Shown piece after piece: positions 15,621-26,686 of a DNA stretch of 64,000 bases; the first letter of the stretch is position 1, and the number at the start of each line of letters is the position of its first letter. Under the pieces are notes generated by a model, which did not search any database, had not been told where the DNA came from, and saw nothing but the letters and a program-made list of their open reading frames with translations. Position numbers and translations under genes: made by a program. This DNA is from Octopus vulgaris (Eukaryota): NCBI GenBank assembly GCA_951406725.2, contig OX597824.1:56854001-56918000 (forward strand), in the 5' to 3' direction.

Positions 15621-16640
15621 CTACTTAACGAAGTTCCTCCAGATAATCCAGGAATTGACATCAGATATCGATATGATGGAGGACTTTTCAATCTTAGTAG
15701 ACTTCAATCTAAACATCTAACACACATGCAACACATCTCAGAACTTTATTATGCTGATGACAATGCTGCCCTCTGTCATTCAAAAGAACTCCAACAGTCT
15801 GTGAACAACTTTGCTATGGCTTACCATCACTTTGGCCTTACAGGAAAAATAAAGAAAACCAAGATCCTTGCACAACTAGCCCAAAATACCATCTTACCAG
15901 ATTTTGACGTTACCATCTCGAATACACTCCTCGAAAAAGTAGTGCGTTTTCCATATCTAAGCAGCCTTTTACCAAAAAAGTGCACTTCAGAAAAGGATGT
16001 GGAACATAGAATTGGAGTTGTACACGGGGAATTTGGAAAGATAACCAAACGCATCATCAGCAACACAGAAACAACGAAAATTATGGTTTATAATGCTGTT
16101 GTCATCTCAGCCTTGCTATATGGCTCTATATCGTCATGACATCCAAAAATTAGACCACTTTCACCAACAAAAGCTTCGTTCAATCTTGAGTATCAAATTG
16201 GAACACTATTAAATCAACAACAAAGTCCTGGAAAAAGCTAACAGTCAAAGTATCGAATCGCTGATCATGAAACACCGTCTTCGATGGTCAGGACATGCAA
16301 CAAAAATGGAAGAGTCAAGGTTCCCATGCCAAGTCTTATTCTGTGATCTCACTTCGGGAAGAATGCCACGGGTTGTCCTCTTCGAAGATACAAGGACCAA
16401 CTCAAAGCAACACTAAAAGCCACTGGAATTGAGCCTCAGTCGCTTGAAGCACAAACCTGAGACCGTACCAAGTGGCGGCGTTCTATCATCAGCGAAATCA
16501 AAAACTTCGAAGCTACCAGAAAAGAGAAGGAAGAAATCAAGCGACAGGAGAGAAACGCTCAACAGAATCAACCTCGTCCTCCACCAACATTGCCATGCAA
16601 TTAATGCCATCAACTCTTCTATGGTCTACAGAGTCATTAA
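15621..16640 (+). mobile_element. RTE-clade LINE fragment (RT domain to 3' end)
   Basis: GIDIRYRYDGGLFNLSRL...ELYYADD...FPYLSSL...KIMVYNAVVISALLYGS; downstream RLRWSGH and RYKDQLKATLK motifs. Confidence 0.85.
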
Positions 16641-16739
16641 CAGTATCACAATAAAGGAAGCGTTCAGCAAAGAAAAAAGATAAATGCTCGGATACGAAAT
16701 AAGGTGACGACGACGACGACGACGATGAGTATACAAAGT

Positions 16740-17640
16740 ATGTGATAACATGAATGATGCAGTCCTCTTTATACAGGAGAAACTCCAACCAGGGCCAATC
16801 AAGGAACCCCACAAATCCAGGATTACCCTGATCACCAAAAGTATGAGCCGTCTCTTCTGCTATCCAGTCTACAGGCGCATACTTAGAGTAAGGCTATTCA
16901 CTTTAACCATTTTTCCACTTTCACCCATCTTTTCACAAATTCACTGGGAGGTAGCACTTCTTTTTCCATCTTCACTTTCCTTACCAAGCGAAACTTAAAA
17001 AAAGTCGTTGAGAGCTTGACCAAAGAGGAAGGTGTCTTCTCTTAATCTTTTCAACCTTGTCCGCAACACAACTTCTTTCACCATGGCCATAAGAAAGAAC
17101 ATTGCCTGCTCTGCCTTGTTAAAGGTGGGTGGTGAGGCGATCCGCACGATGGATTCAAGCGAGAGTCGAAATCGTTCTACACACGATTATAGCTGTTCGG
17201 CAAATCAGCAATCCACGGATACTGCACGAGTGCTTGCAGAACGGTTCCATCGCTCTACGTGCATCTGGGACAGTCCCTCCTGACAGCGCTTCCATGCCTG
17301 TAGAGTTTATCTCGAACCGGTAGTGTTCCTTGGTAGCCCTGCCAAGCCTGGGACTTCTGGAAATTAACCATAGTGTACTAGGCCTGGAAATTCTCTGAAA
17401 TAGAGCGGCTAGCTTATCCTCGCCAACGCCTAGAGAACGTCATCGCTCTTATACATCACTAGATTTCTATATATTGCTACTGTAGAACTTCTACCGACCG
17501 TATTGCCAAACTGGTAGTGAGTAGTGAGTGCCTGATTACTTTTCAGACGCCAGGCGTCTAATTTTAGTCTTTTCTTAATCCAGGATTGCAGCTCCGTCAA
17601 AAAAAGCATTCGTTTTCCTAAAGTATCAACTGCGACGGAA
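16740..17640 (-). mobile_element. L1/Tx1-clade LINE 3' fragment (ORF2 C-terminal zinc finger)
   Basis: LPVRDKLYRHG...DCPRC...TVLQALVQ resembles the zf-RVT CCHC domain, followed by 3' UTR. Confidence 0.6.
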
Positions 17641-18204
17641 GAGACAGAACTCGACTACAATATGATAATATAAAATAGCGAGGGGAGAAAGGGCTGACTT
17701 TGTCGATAGGGAGTATCGCTTTTTGTTACATAATTTTGAATAATCTCAGTAGGGAGTATCATTGTTTGTACGCCGTTTTGAATAGTTGTGACTGGGAGTA
17801 TCGCTGTTACAGTAGTTTGAATTCTCGCGACAGAGAATATCGCTGTTTTGCTACACCATTACTCGCTGCTATTTTAGCAGTTAATGTAGACTTTTGATCT
17901 TTAACCCTAAACATGATCAGGTCGTCTTTCGCAAAGTGAACTACAATTAATCTGTGAAAAATTATTCATAGGCGGCATCCATACGAATAATAAACAGTTA
18001 AGCCATCGTACTTAAGAGTGAAAGTGAGGGGATATAACTAATTAATGAAACAGATATATATGGTCGTATTACTGTGCATTAATAAAATGTTGACTTATGA
18101 TTTATTTAACAAGTAGTGAGAAAGTAATACTTTACTGAGGAGGCAGAATAAGACGGTAACAGGTCTGGAGTTTTCACCTGTATTTGCTAACTTAAGATTA
18201 AAAT

Positions 18205-18655
18205 ATTCTTTTCTACTCTAGGCACAAGGCTCGACATTTTGGGGGAGGGGGCCCGTCGATTAGATCGACCTCAGAACGCAAATGGCACTTAATTTATCGA
18301 CCCCGAAAGGATGAACGACAAATTTGAACTCAGAACGTAAAGTCAGACGAAATACCGCTAAGCATTTCGCCCGGTGTGCTAACGTTTCTGCCAGCTCGCC
18401 GCCTTTTTAGATTAAAATATTTATTTCTTTATTGCTCACAGGGGGCTAAACATAGTGGGAACAAACAAGGACAGACAAAGGGATTAAGTCGATTACATCG
18501 ACCCCAATGCGTTACTGCCACTTATTTAATCGACTCTGAAAGTATGAAAAGCAAAGTCGACCTTGGCAGAATTTGAACTCAGAACGTAACGGCAGACGTA
18601 ATACTGGTAAGCATTTCGCCCGGCGTGCTAACGATTCTGTCAGCTCGCCGCCAAT
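18205..18655 (-). mobile_element. Two tandem SINE copies (family of 90-300)
   Basis: Reverse complements of the ggcggcgagctggcagaa...cgggcgaaatgctt head at ~18403 and ~18652. Confidence 0.8.
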
Positions 18656-19531
18656 TTAGAATAAATGATTTAATGCTTTCTTTCCCACACTTTATTAATC
18701 ACATTAAGTATCATAGCGCTACATTGACGGTAAATAAACTGTTTGTTGTGGAATGATGCACACGTTATTTCGGAGAATATTAACGGCGGAAACGTCATTA
18801 TGACAAAACCAATGAAACGAAATTGGTTGAAGAAAGGAAACGAAAGTCGGATCAGAAGATGACGTTCGTTGAATTTCTTGTCGAGGTTTACATTGTCCCT
18901 TACTGTTTACGTCGTTCGGAGTTCGCTCGTCGCCCTATCTTTTGGCTAAACTAACAATCGTTTAGGAGATTGGCTAAAAAGGGTGTCGAAAGTTATGTAA
19001 ACATGAACGGCTGTAAAAGAACCCTGAGTAAATACAACAGACCTCAAGTGGACCACTACTCGGCTGCTATTACTTTACATAAACAATGTCACTGTTGCCT
19101 CTTTTCTTCACCCTCCTCCACTCTCACTTTTCCTTTTTTCCTTATTTTCTTTCTTTTTCTTCATTTCTTTTTCTTTCGTGTAGAAAAATTGTTACACAAA
19201 CATTTTGTTATACAGACTGCCTTGCTTATATACAATGAAGAGCTTTAAGGAATCAAGCCGAGGGTTGGGGTAGGTGTACAGTGGGTAGCAGTGCTGGGTG
19301 GTATGGTATTGATGTAAATGAAGGAACAGTAATAGGAGGTGAGGAAGAAGAGGGATCGGTGGGTTACTGGGCTGTCAGGTGGTAAAGTAGGTGGTGATGG
19401 TGTGTGTGTGTGTGTGTGTAAAATTAATCTTTTGTACAGTTTATGCGTGAATCCACAAATTACGTATGTTGAAGATATGTATAGGTTCGGGGTGTATATT
19501 CACATGCACACACGTGTATACACCTCAAATT

Positions 19532-19612
<81 letters not shown>

Positions 19613-19797
19613 GCACGCACACAAACAAACAAACATCCGTTAACATACGTACATACACTATACATACATGCAATCTTATGTATATACAAACACACATACA
19701 TACATAATATATACATACATACTTATATTAGAGTGCATCTGTTTATAATTACAAATATGGTTATTGTTTGTCTCTACTTTCTCGCATTCTCTCCTTA

Positions 19798-19832
<35 letters not shown>

Positions 19833-19930
19833 GTGTGCATGTATGAGAAATTAAAATAATAAAATATGTAAATATACACAAGATATAAATACATACATAC
19901 ATACATACATACATTATATATATATATATA

Positions 19931-20210
19931 TCGTTTTGGGATTTGATTTGCAAGCTTCTTTATATGAGTTCGTGTGTTGAAGCATATTCTGTTGTGTCTG
20001 GGGAGAGTCATTCTCTTTTAGTGCCTTATTATTTAACACACTCACCGTTATTTACAGTGTAAATAACGGACAGAGTCAAGACTATTGAAAAGGTTGCAAC
20101 ACGCAACGAAAATTTTAGAAAATAAAAATAAGAAATAAGTGGAAATTTTACCGGTGAGTGTGTTAAATAATAAGGCACTAAAAGAGAATGACTCTCCCCA
20201 GACACAACAG
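19931..20210 (+). mobile_element. Short PLE terminal-repeat-like fold-back element in (TA)n
   Basis: 60-bp inverted repeat 19988-20047 / 20151-20210 enclosing a hammerhead motif; TA tracts on both sides. Confidence 0.65.
20082..20118 (+). ncRNA. Minimal hammerhead motif, U3:A8 variant
   Basis: cta-TTGAAAA-g.gttgc-aacac-gcaac-GAAA-at-TT-tag. Confidence 0.55.
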
Positions 20211-20224
20211 TATATATATATATA

Positions 20225-21382
20225 TAGTGTAATGAATAAAATATATGCATACATACATACATATATGTACGTACCTACATCTACATGTATATATACATGC
20301 ATATATAAATATATATACGTGAGTACAGGACACCACAAATAGACGTAGAACTCAACGAGAAACGAAAACGTAAAAACAAACGTGGAAACGGACCTAAACG
20401 ACAAAAGCAGAGTACAAGACAAACTACACAAGGAAAAATCCCCTTCATTAGCTGTCCCTAGTTCAACTCCAGCGTGTTTCGAAGGTTGGACAGAACACGA
20501 CTCGTGGAACTAATCCTTCCTGCGAAGGAATTAAATAAAATTACTTCGCAGAGGGGTAAAAACAAGGAAAGTTAAACATGTGACAAAAAAACGATACAAT
20601 TAAAATTACAAAATAAAATACAAAATAAAAATACAAAAAATAAAAATACAGAATAAAATTACAAGTACGAAAAATACAGTACAAGAAATAAAACAAACAA
20701 AAAAACAGACAATGAGAGCCTTAATGCTGGCCTACACAAGGAAAGATTCTAAGAGCGCTAGAAGAACAGTGTTCACTGTTAGAATGCCAGCGGCGAAAGG
20801 AAGCAACTCGCCCGGCTGTGAGAGAGATGAGGAGGAGTGAGAGAGAGAGAGAGAGAGAGAGAGGAAGACAAGCGGCTGTGAGAGAGATATATGAGGAGGA
20901 GTGAGAGAGAGAGGGAGGGAGATAGGGAAGGAAGAGAAGGTCAAGCAAAGAGTTGTAGAGTTTCGCGTCACAATTATAAATAACAAAACTTACTTGGAGG
21001 AGATGAAACGAAACGAAAACGAATCGAATCGACGCGAGGGCGCTCAGTCATACAATAGTGTAATAAATAAAATATATGCATACATACATATATGTACGTA
21101 CCTACATCTACATGTACATATACATGCATATATAAATATATATACGTGAGTACAGGACACCACAAATAGACGTAGAACTCAACGAGAAACGAAAACGTAA
21201 AAACAAACGTGGAAACGGACCTAAACGTAAAAAAACAGAGTACAAACGCTGGAGTTGAACCAGGGACAGCTGATGAAGGGGATTTTTCCTTGTGTAGTTT
21301 CTCTTGTACTCTGTTTTTTTCGTTTAGGTCCGTTGCCACGTTTGTTTTTACGTTTTCGTTTCTCGTTGAGTTCTACGTCTAC
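20225..21382 (-). mobile_element. Non-coding PLE-like element: direct repeats plus inverted terminal segment
   Basis: 20225-20415 repeated at 21056-21245; 21245-21382 is an inverted copy of 20337-20475; flanked by TA/TATG tracts. Confidence 0.6.
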
Positions 21383-21415
<33 letters not shown>

Positions 21416-21698
21416 TGTATGTATGTATATATGAACATGTGATCAGTTTAAATATGCTTGAGTCACATTCAAATTCGTAAGAAAGTCATTCACCGTATTT
21501 TGTCATGGAGACAAATTCTCGATGTAGACCCGATATTTATTTTTACTTTCTTTTACTTGTTTTAGTCGTTTGACTGCGGCCATACTGGAGCATCCCCTTT
21601 CGTCGAGCGAATCACCCCCAGGACTTATTCTTTGTAAGACTAGTACTTATTCGGTCACGAATACACACACATATACGCATTGTTTTTAGGTTAGATAT

Positions 21699-21756
<58 letters not shown>

Positions 21757-23712
21757 GTGTGTGTGATTGTGTATGTTAGGCCAAACATTAGCAAATCAGA
21801 GATGTCTGCATGTAAACGTATACAAAACGATCAAACAATAATAATTAAACAAGCAGATAAAGGTGGTGCAATTGTTATTATGGATACCGAATACTATAAG
21901 GATTTGGTTGAAGACCAACTGAAGGATACAACCTTCTATTGTGAAATACCCACAAATATAGACCACCACATCATGAAAAAGATCAACAACCTGATTTCAA
22001 TACACCACAACTCACTTACGGATAATGAAAAAGACTACATCACCAATTTTGAACCAAAACCCAGCAACTTCTACGGCTTACCAAAAATACACAAATCAAA
22101 AAACATTCAACAGGCAGTAAAAGAACAAGAAAGTGAGTACGTAAAATTATTACATCCAAAAGACCTAAAACTTAGACCTATTATAGCTGGTCCAGCATGC
22201 CCTACACACCGTCTAAGCAATTTTATTGACATTGTTTTGAAACCACTATGTACTTACATACCAAGTTTCATCAGGGATGACATCGACTTCCTGTCCCATC
22301 TTCCCAAAACAACAGAAACAAATTCAGTTTTGCTAAGTTTTGATGTGGTAAGCCTCTACACAAATATTCCACACGATTTAGGAATAAAGGCGATTAAATA
22401 CTGGTTAGAAAAACATAGAGAAGTGATTCCCAGCAGATTCACAGTGCCATTTATATTAGACACAGTCAAACTTATTCTAGAAAATAACACATTCTTCTTC
22501 AATGGAAAGAATTACATCCAAATTAGAGGCACGGCGATGGGAACGAGGTTTGCTCCCGTTTACGCCAACTCTGTAATGGGATACTTAGAAGAACAACTCT
22601 ACCAAGAGGTGGAGGTAAACTATGGCACTGGATTTAGAAAGTATATTGAAAAGGCATGGAAGAGATACCTAGACGACTGTTTCATAATCTGGACAGAATC
22701 TCTAAATACTCTGGAAGAGTTCAATATCCTCCTGAACAACCTACACCCATCTCTCAAATTTACAAAGGAGATGAGTAGTACCAAATTACCATTCCTGGAT
22801 ATAATGGTAATTAAAAAAGACACCACCATCACCACAGATATATACTATAAACACACAGACACACATCAATACCTAAATTTTAAGTCGTGCCATCCACCAC
22901 ATACAAAACGTAACATCCCATACTGCCTAGCCAGAAGAATTTGTACTATTGTAGAAGATGCAAATATCAGGAACAAACGCCTAATAGAACTAAGAGAATT
23001 TTTGCTCAAACAAAAATACCCATCTCTACTTATAGAAAATGGCATACAGCGGGCTATAAAAATACCTATACAACAACTTAGGACAACCCAAGGAAGAGGA
23101 AAACAAGAACAAGTCATACCATTCATAGTGACACACAACCCATGTCACCAGAATATCTTCAACATTGCCAAAGCAAACCTACCAATCATTGCCCAAAGTA
23201 ATGAATTAAAAGACATAATCAAGGATCGAGCTATGGTGCTTAGTAAAAGACAGCCTAAAAACTTGAAAACATTACTAACAAAGGCAAAATTTGACCTCAG
23301 CAACAAAGACCAAACATTCACGGTATCTAAATGCAATGATAGCCGATGTGGCACATGCCAATTCATACATACCGGTCAATATATAAACACAAAAACCGGG
23401 AAAATATTCACAAACGCGAATATGAACTGCAAAAGCAGAAATTTAATTTACTGCATCAAATGCCCAAATTGTGAAGAAATATATGTAGGTCAGACGGGAA
23501 ACGCACTATTAGAACGCTCACGTGTACACCGGCAACAGATTAGAGACCCAGAGGTCCGTCAGATACCTTTGAGTAACCACCTAGCAACATGTGGTCGGAA
23601 AATATATATAATATTTCCATTCTACAAATTACACAGCCCAAGTGAAATCGAGAGGAAAATCAGAGAAAAGAATTTTATTGATAAATTCGAACCCAAGCTA
23701 AATAAGCAATAA
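21757..23712 (+). CDS. Penelope-like element (Neptune-type) reverse transcriptase + GIY-YIG endonuclease, 5'-truncated but uninterrupted
   Basis: IKQADKGGAIVIMD, FYGLPKIHK, LRPII, SFDVVSLYTNIP, GTAMGT, RYLDD; Cys linker KCNDSRCGTC; LIYCIKCPNCEEIYVGQT...R..H GIY-YIG. Confidence 0.93.
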   Translation: MCVIVYVRPNISKSEMSACKRIQNDQTIIIKQADKGGAIVIMDTEYYKDLVEDQLKDTTFYCEIPTNIDHHIMKKINNLISIHHNSLTDNEKDYITNFEPKPSNFYGLPKIHKSKNIQQAVKEQESEYVKLLHPKDLKLRPIIAGPACPTHRLSNFIDIVLKPLCTYIPSFIRDDIDFLSHLPKTTETNSVLLSFDVVSLYTNIPHDLGIKAIKYWLEKHREVIPSRFTVPFILDTVKLILENNTFFFNGKNYIQIRGTAMGTRFAPVYANSVMGYLEEQLYQEVEVNYGTGFRKYIEKAWKRYLDDCFIIWTESLNTLEEFNILLNNLHPSLKFTKEMSSTKLPFLDIMVIKKDTTITTDIYYKHTDTHQYLNFKSCHPPHTKRNIPYCLARRICTIVEDANIRNKRLIELREFLLKQKYPSLLIENGIQRAIKIPIQQLRTTQGRGKQEQVIPFIVTHNPCHQNIFNIAKANLPIIAQSNELKDIIKDRAMVLSKRQPKNLKTLLTKAKFDLSNKDQTFTVSKCNDSRCGTCQFIHTGQYINTKTGKIFTNANMNCKSRNLIYCIKCPNCEEIYVGQTGNALLERSRVHRQQIRDPEVRQIPLSNHLATCGRKIYIIFPFYKLHSPSEIERKIREKNFIDKFEPKLNKQ

Positions 23713-24206
23713 TAATAATACTTAGAGGTATTACTTCCACTGCTACGACCATGACCACTAACAACAACAACAATACTAAAGGTGATCAAGACGAAGATAG
23801 CAGGAAAATTATCTTATTTAGGGTTAAAAGTTCTATTGCCACCACCATCACCACTAGCAACAATAATTAAGGTGCTGACAATGATGATGATGACAATTGA
23901 AATATAAAAATATAAAAATCTCTGACAAAGGATATTTACAACATTTCTAAAAATAACCCAACAATTGCTGCTTCGGCCAGGGTCAAGATACAGGACTCTT
24001 GACCTGTCCAACAAAGCGTGATGCCTAAACCAATCAGCTCAACCAACCAATCAGCTTAAGTAATTGAGTGATACTACACACTGATTGGTCAGAATACAGT
24101 TTGCAAAACCTAGCACTCTGGAGCCTGCCCAGCTGTATTTATAGCACAGAATCACTCATCTTGCTACAGTCAAAAATTGTGAAGCATGACTGTCAACACT
24201 ACTACA

Positions 24207-24251
24207 TGAACCCGAAGATTGCAGAATTCAATGCATGAAAGTACTAGTTCA
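24207..24251 (+). ncRNA. Minimal hammerhead ribozyme of the Neptune PLE (U4C core)
   Basis: tgaac-CCGAAGA-t.tgca-gaattcaa-tgca.t-GAAA-gtac-TA-gttca; palindromic stem III. Confidence 0.75.
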
Positions 24252-24380
24252 ATCAGAATGAATATTTAACATTCTACTATTTCATTTTATTTTATTCAAT
24301 TATAATATATTATCTTATAATATATCATTATAAGATTGTAAATAAAACGTGAAAATCAGACAAGGTTGGAATTCTTTTTA

Positions 24381-24420
<40 letters not shown>

Positions 24421-24429
24421 ATAAATTTA

Positions 24430-24474
24430 CTTGTAAATGGACGCGTGGCGTTCAATCATATAATAATGTAAATA

Positions 24475-24552
<78 letters not shown>

Positions 24553-25022
24553 GTCACAAACAGTAAACAACATGAAATGCGAAGACAAACGTGGGTGTGC
24601 GAACAATGAGAGAAGCAAATGGAAAACAAGACAAGTAACATAAAGAACGACCCTTCATCAGTTGTTGGCTGTCCAACTACTCTTTTTGAGCAATTAACAA
24701 AAATATGAAGCTTCGAAAGGCAGTTCCTCCCGCGAACCAAAATAAAATTTGGGATTTGCGGAGGGTCAACGTTGGTAACAAAAACAGGAGAGTGGAGACA
24801 TACAACAAACCATACGATTTTGATTCGCGGGAGCAACTGCCCTTCGAAGCTTCACATTGTCGTTAATTGCCCGAAATAAGGAGTAGATGGACAGCCGACA
24901 ACGGATGAAGGGTCTTTCTTTATGTTATTTGTCTTGTTTTCCATTTGTTTCTCTCGTTGTTCACATACCCAAGTTTGACTTCGTATTTCATGTTGTTTAC
25001 TTTTTGTGACGTCCTGTACCCA
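24430..25022. mobile_element. Fold-back PLE-terminal-repeat-like element related to 20225-21382
   Basis: ~190-bp inverted repeat 24552-24745 / 24818-25012; shares acgcg.ggcg.tca.tcata and cccttcat.ag.tg motifs. Confidence 0.55.
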
Positions 25023-25080
25023 TATATGCGTATATATATATATATATATATATATACATACATACATACGCATATATATA

Positions 25081-25129
<49 letters not shown>

Positions 25130-25612
25130 GCATACATACATAAATATATATATATTCAAGTAATGTTGTACATTGTAAGCATATTCCTTGCATGCTTTCC
25201 TTGTGCTGTTAGAATAGGCGAGATTTGTCTCCTGACAGACCGTTCCACGGTGCGTTGATTGCACCTTTGAGGAAAATTAACCCCAATATCCTTCCCAATT
25301 GCTGGCCTACCTTATCTAACTGTTATATATGAAGCTTTTAGGATTTGTCCTTTTACTATGTTGAATAACTTAAATCGCATATTTGTTCTTTAAGCAACTC
25401 GTCATTAATCAAAAGAGTGAAAGCGCATACAGAGAATGCTTTTATATGCTTAGAGTTGCAGCTTCAACTTTGCAATATTTATATAGATTTCACAATTTTG
25501 CTACATGCAATGTTGCGCACGCATTACACACACAGACACACAGACACACACACACGCGCGCGCGCACACACACACACACACACACGAAAACAGACACACA
25601 CACAGAGGCGCA

Positions 25613-25995
25613 AGCGTGGCTGTGTAGTAAGAAGCTTGCTTCCCAAGTACATGGTTCTAGGTTCAGTCCCACTGCGTGGCACCTTGGGCAAGTGTCTTTA
25701 GGCCAGCCAAAGGCTTGTGATTGGATTTGGTAGATGGAAACTGAAAGAAGCCTGTCGTATCTATGTATGTCTGTCTTTGCGTTTGCGTGTGTCCTCCATA
25801 TTACCGCCTGACAACAAGTGTTGGTATGTTTACATCTCAGTAAATTAGCAGTTCGGCAAAAGCGATCGATAGAATAAGTATTAGGCTTAAAAAATAAATT
25901 CTGGGGTCGATTTGTTCGACTAAAAGACTTCAAGGCGGTGCTCCAACATGGCCGCGCTCAAATGACTGAAACAAGTAAAAGAATAAAAGAATAAA
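25613..25995 (+). mobile_element. tRNA-derived SINE (second family)
   Basis: gcgtggctgtgtagtaagaagcttgcttccc...ggttcagtcccactgcgtggcaccttgggcaagtgtctt; tail gactgaaacaagtaaaagaataaaaga. Confidence 0.85.
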
Positions 25996-26419
25996 AGATA
26001 CACACATACACACACTCGCGCACGCACACACGCGCACACAGACACATATACACACACATACACACACATAATGAGAATTTATAAACTTTCGAGAGAACTT
26101 GAAGTAATTTTTTGTGGGAACTGGATCTCGATTCACATAAATGCTATAAATAATAGTATGTGAATATTGGTTTGAAAAACCTTTTGGATAGAAAATGTCG
26201 AAGGTAGCCATATCTAAAACATCCAGTTACAAGCAAAGAATCTCTCTCTCTCTCTCCTTCCCTTCTCTCGCTGCCTTCCACCCTTCTCTCTCTACGCACA
26301 TTAATACATACATGAGTGAGCGTGTGCTTGTGTGTGTATATATTTGCAAGTATGCTATTGTGGTTAAGGCGTTCTCTCCATAGCCAGATGAGTTCGGGTT
26401 CAAACCTATTGCCTGGTGC

Positions 26420-26686
26420 TTATCCTATCGTTCTCTTTTGCCGAATTGCTAGTTTACAGAGACGTAGACAAACCAACACCGGTTGTCGAGCGGTGGCAGA
26501 AAACACACACACACATACACACGACAGGATTCTTTCAGTTTTTGTCTACTAAATGCAGTCACAAGGCTTTGGTTGGCACGATGCTATAGTAGAAGATATT
26601 CGCTCAAGATGCCGCACAGTGGGAGTGAACTCAGAACCACGTGATTGGAAAGCAAGCTTCTTATCACACAGCCACACCTTTGCACC
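26420..26686 (-). mobile_element. SINE (second family), partial
   Basis: Reverse complement of the 25613-type head and body. Confidence 0.7.

Larger units (their letters stand above)
21755..24385 (+). mobile_element. Neptune-type PLE insertion between (TA)n tracts, with 3' terminal repeat
   Basis: RT/EN ORF plus ~670-bp 3' region containing a hammerhead; (TA)n at 21703-21754 and 24385-24418. Confidence 0.85.

Noticed and set aside
17705-17860. CRISPR-like periodicity
   Set aside because: Eukaryotic context, degenerate repeats, related spacers, no cas genes
20440-20490. GAAAC...CT(G/A)ATGA arrangement suggesting a permuted (type II) hammerhead, also at 21245-21280 and 24650-24910
   Set aside because: Could not build stem III with a UH site and stem I consistently
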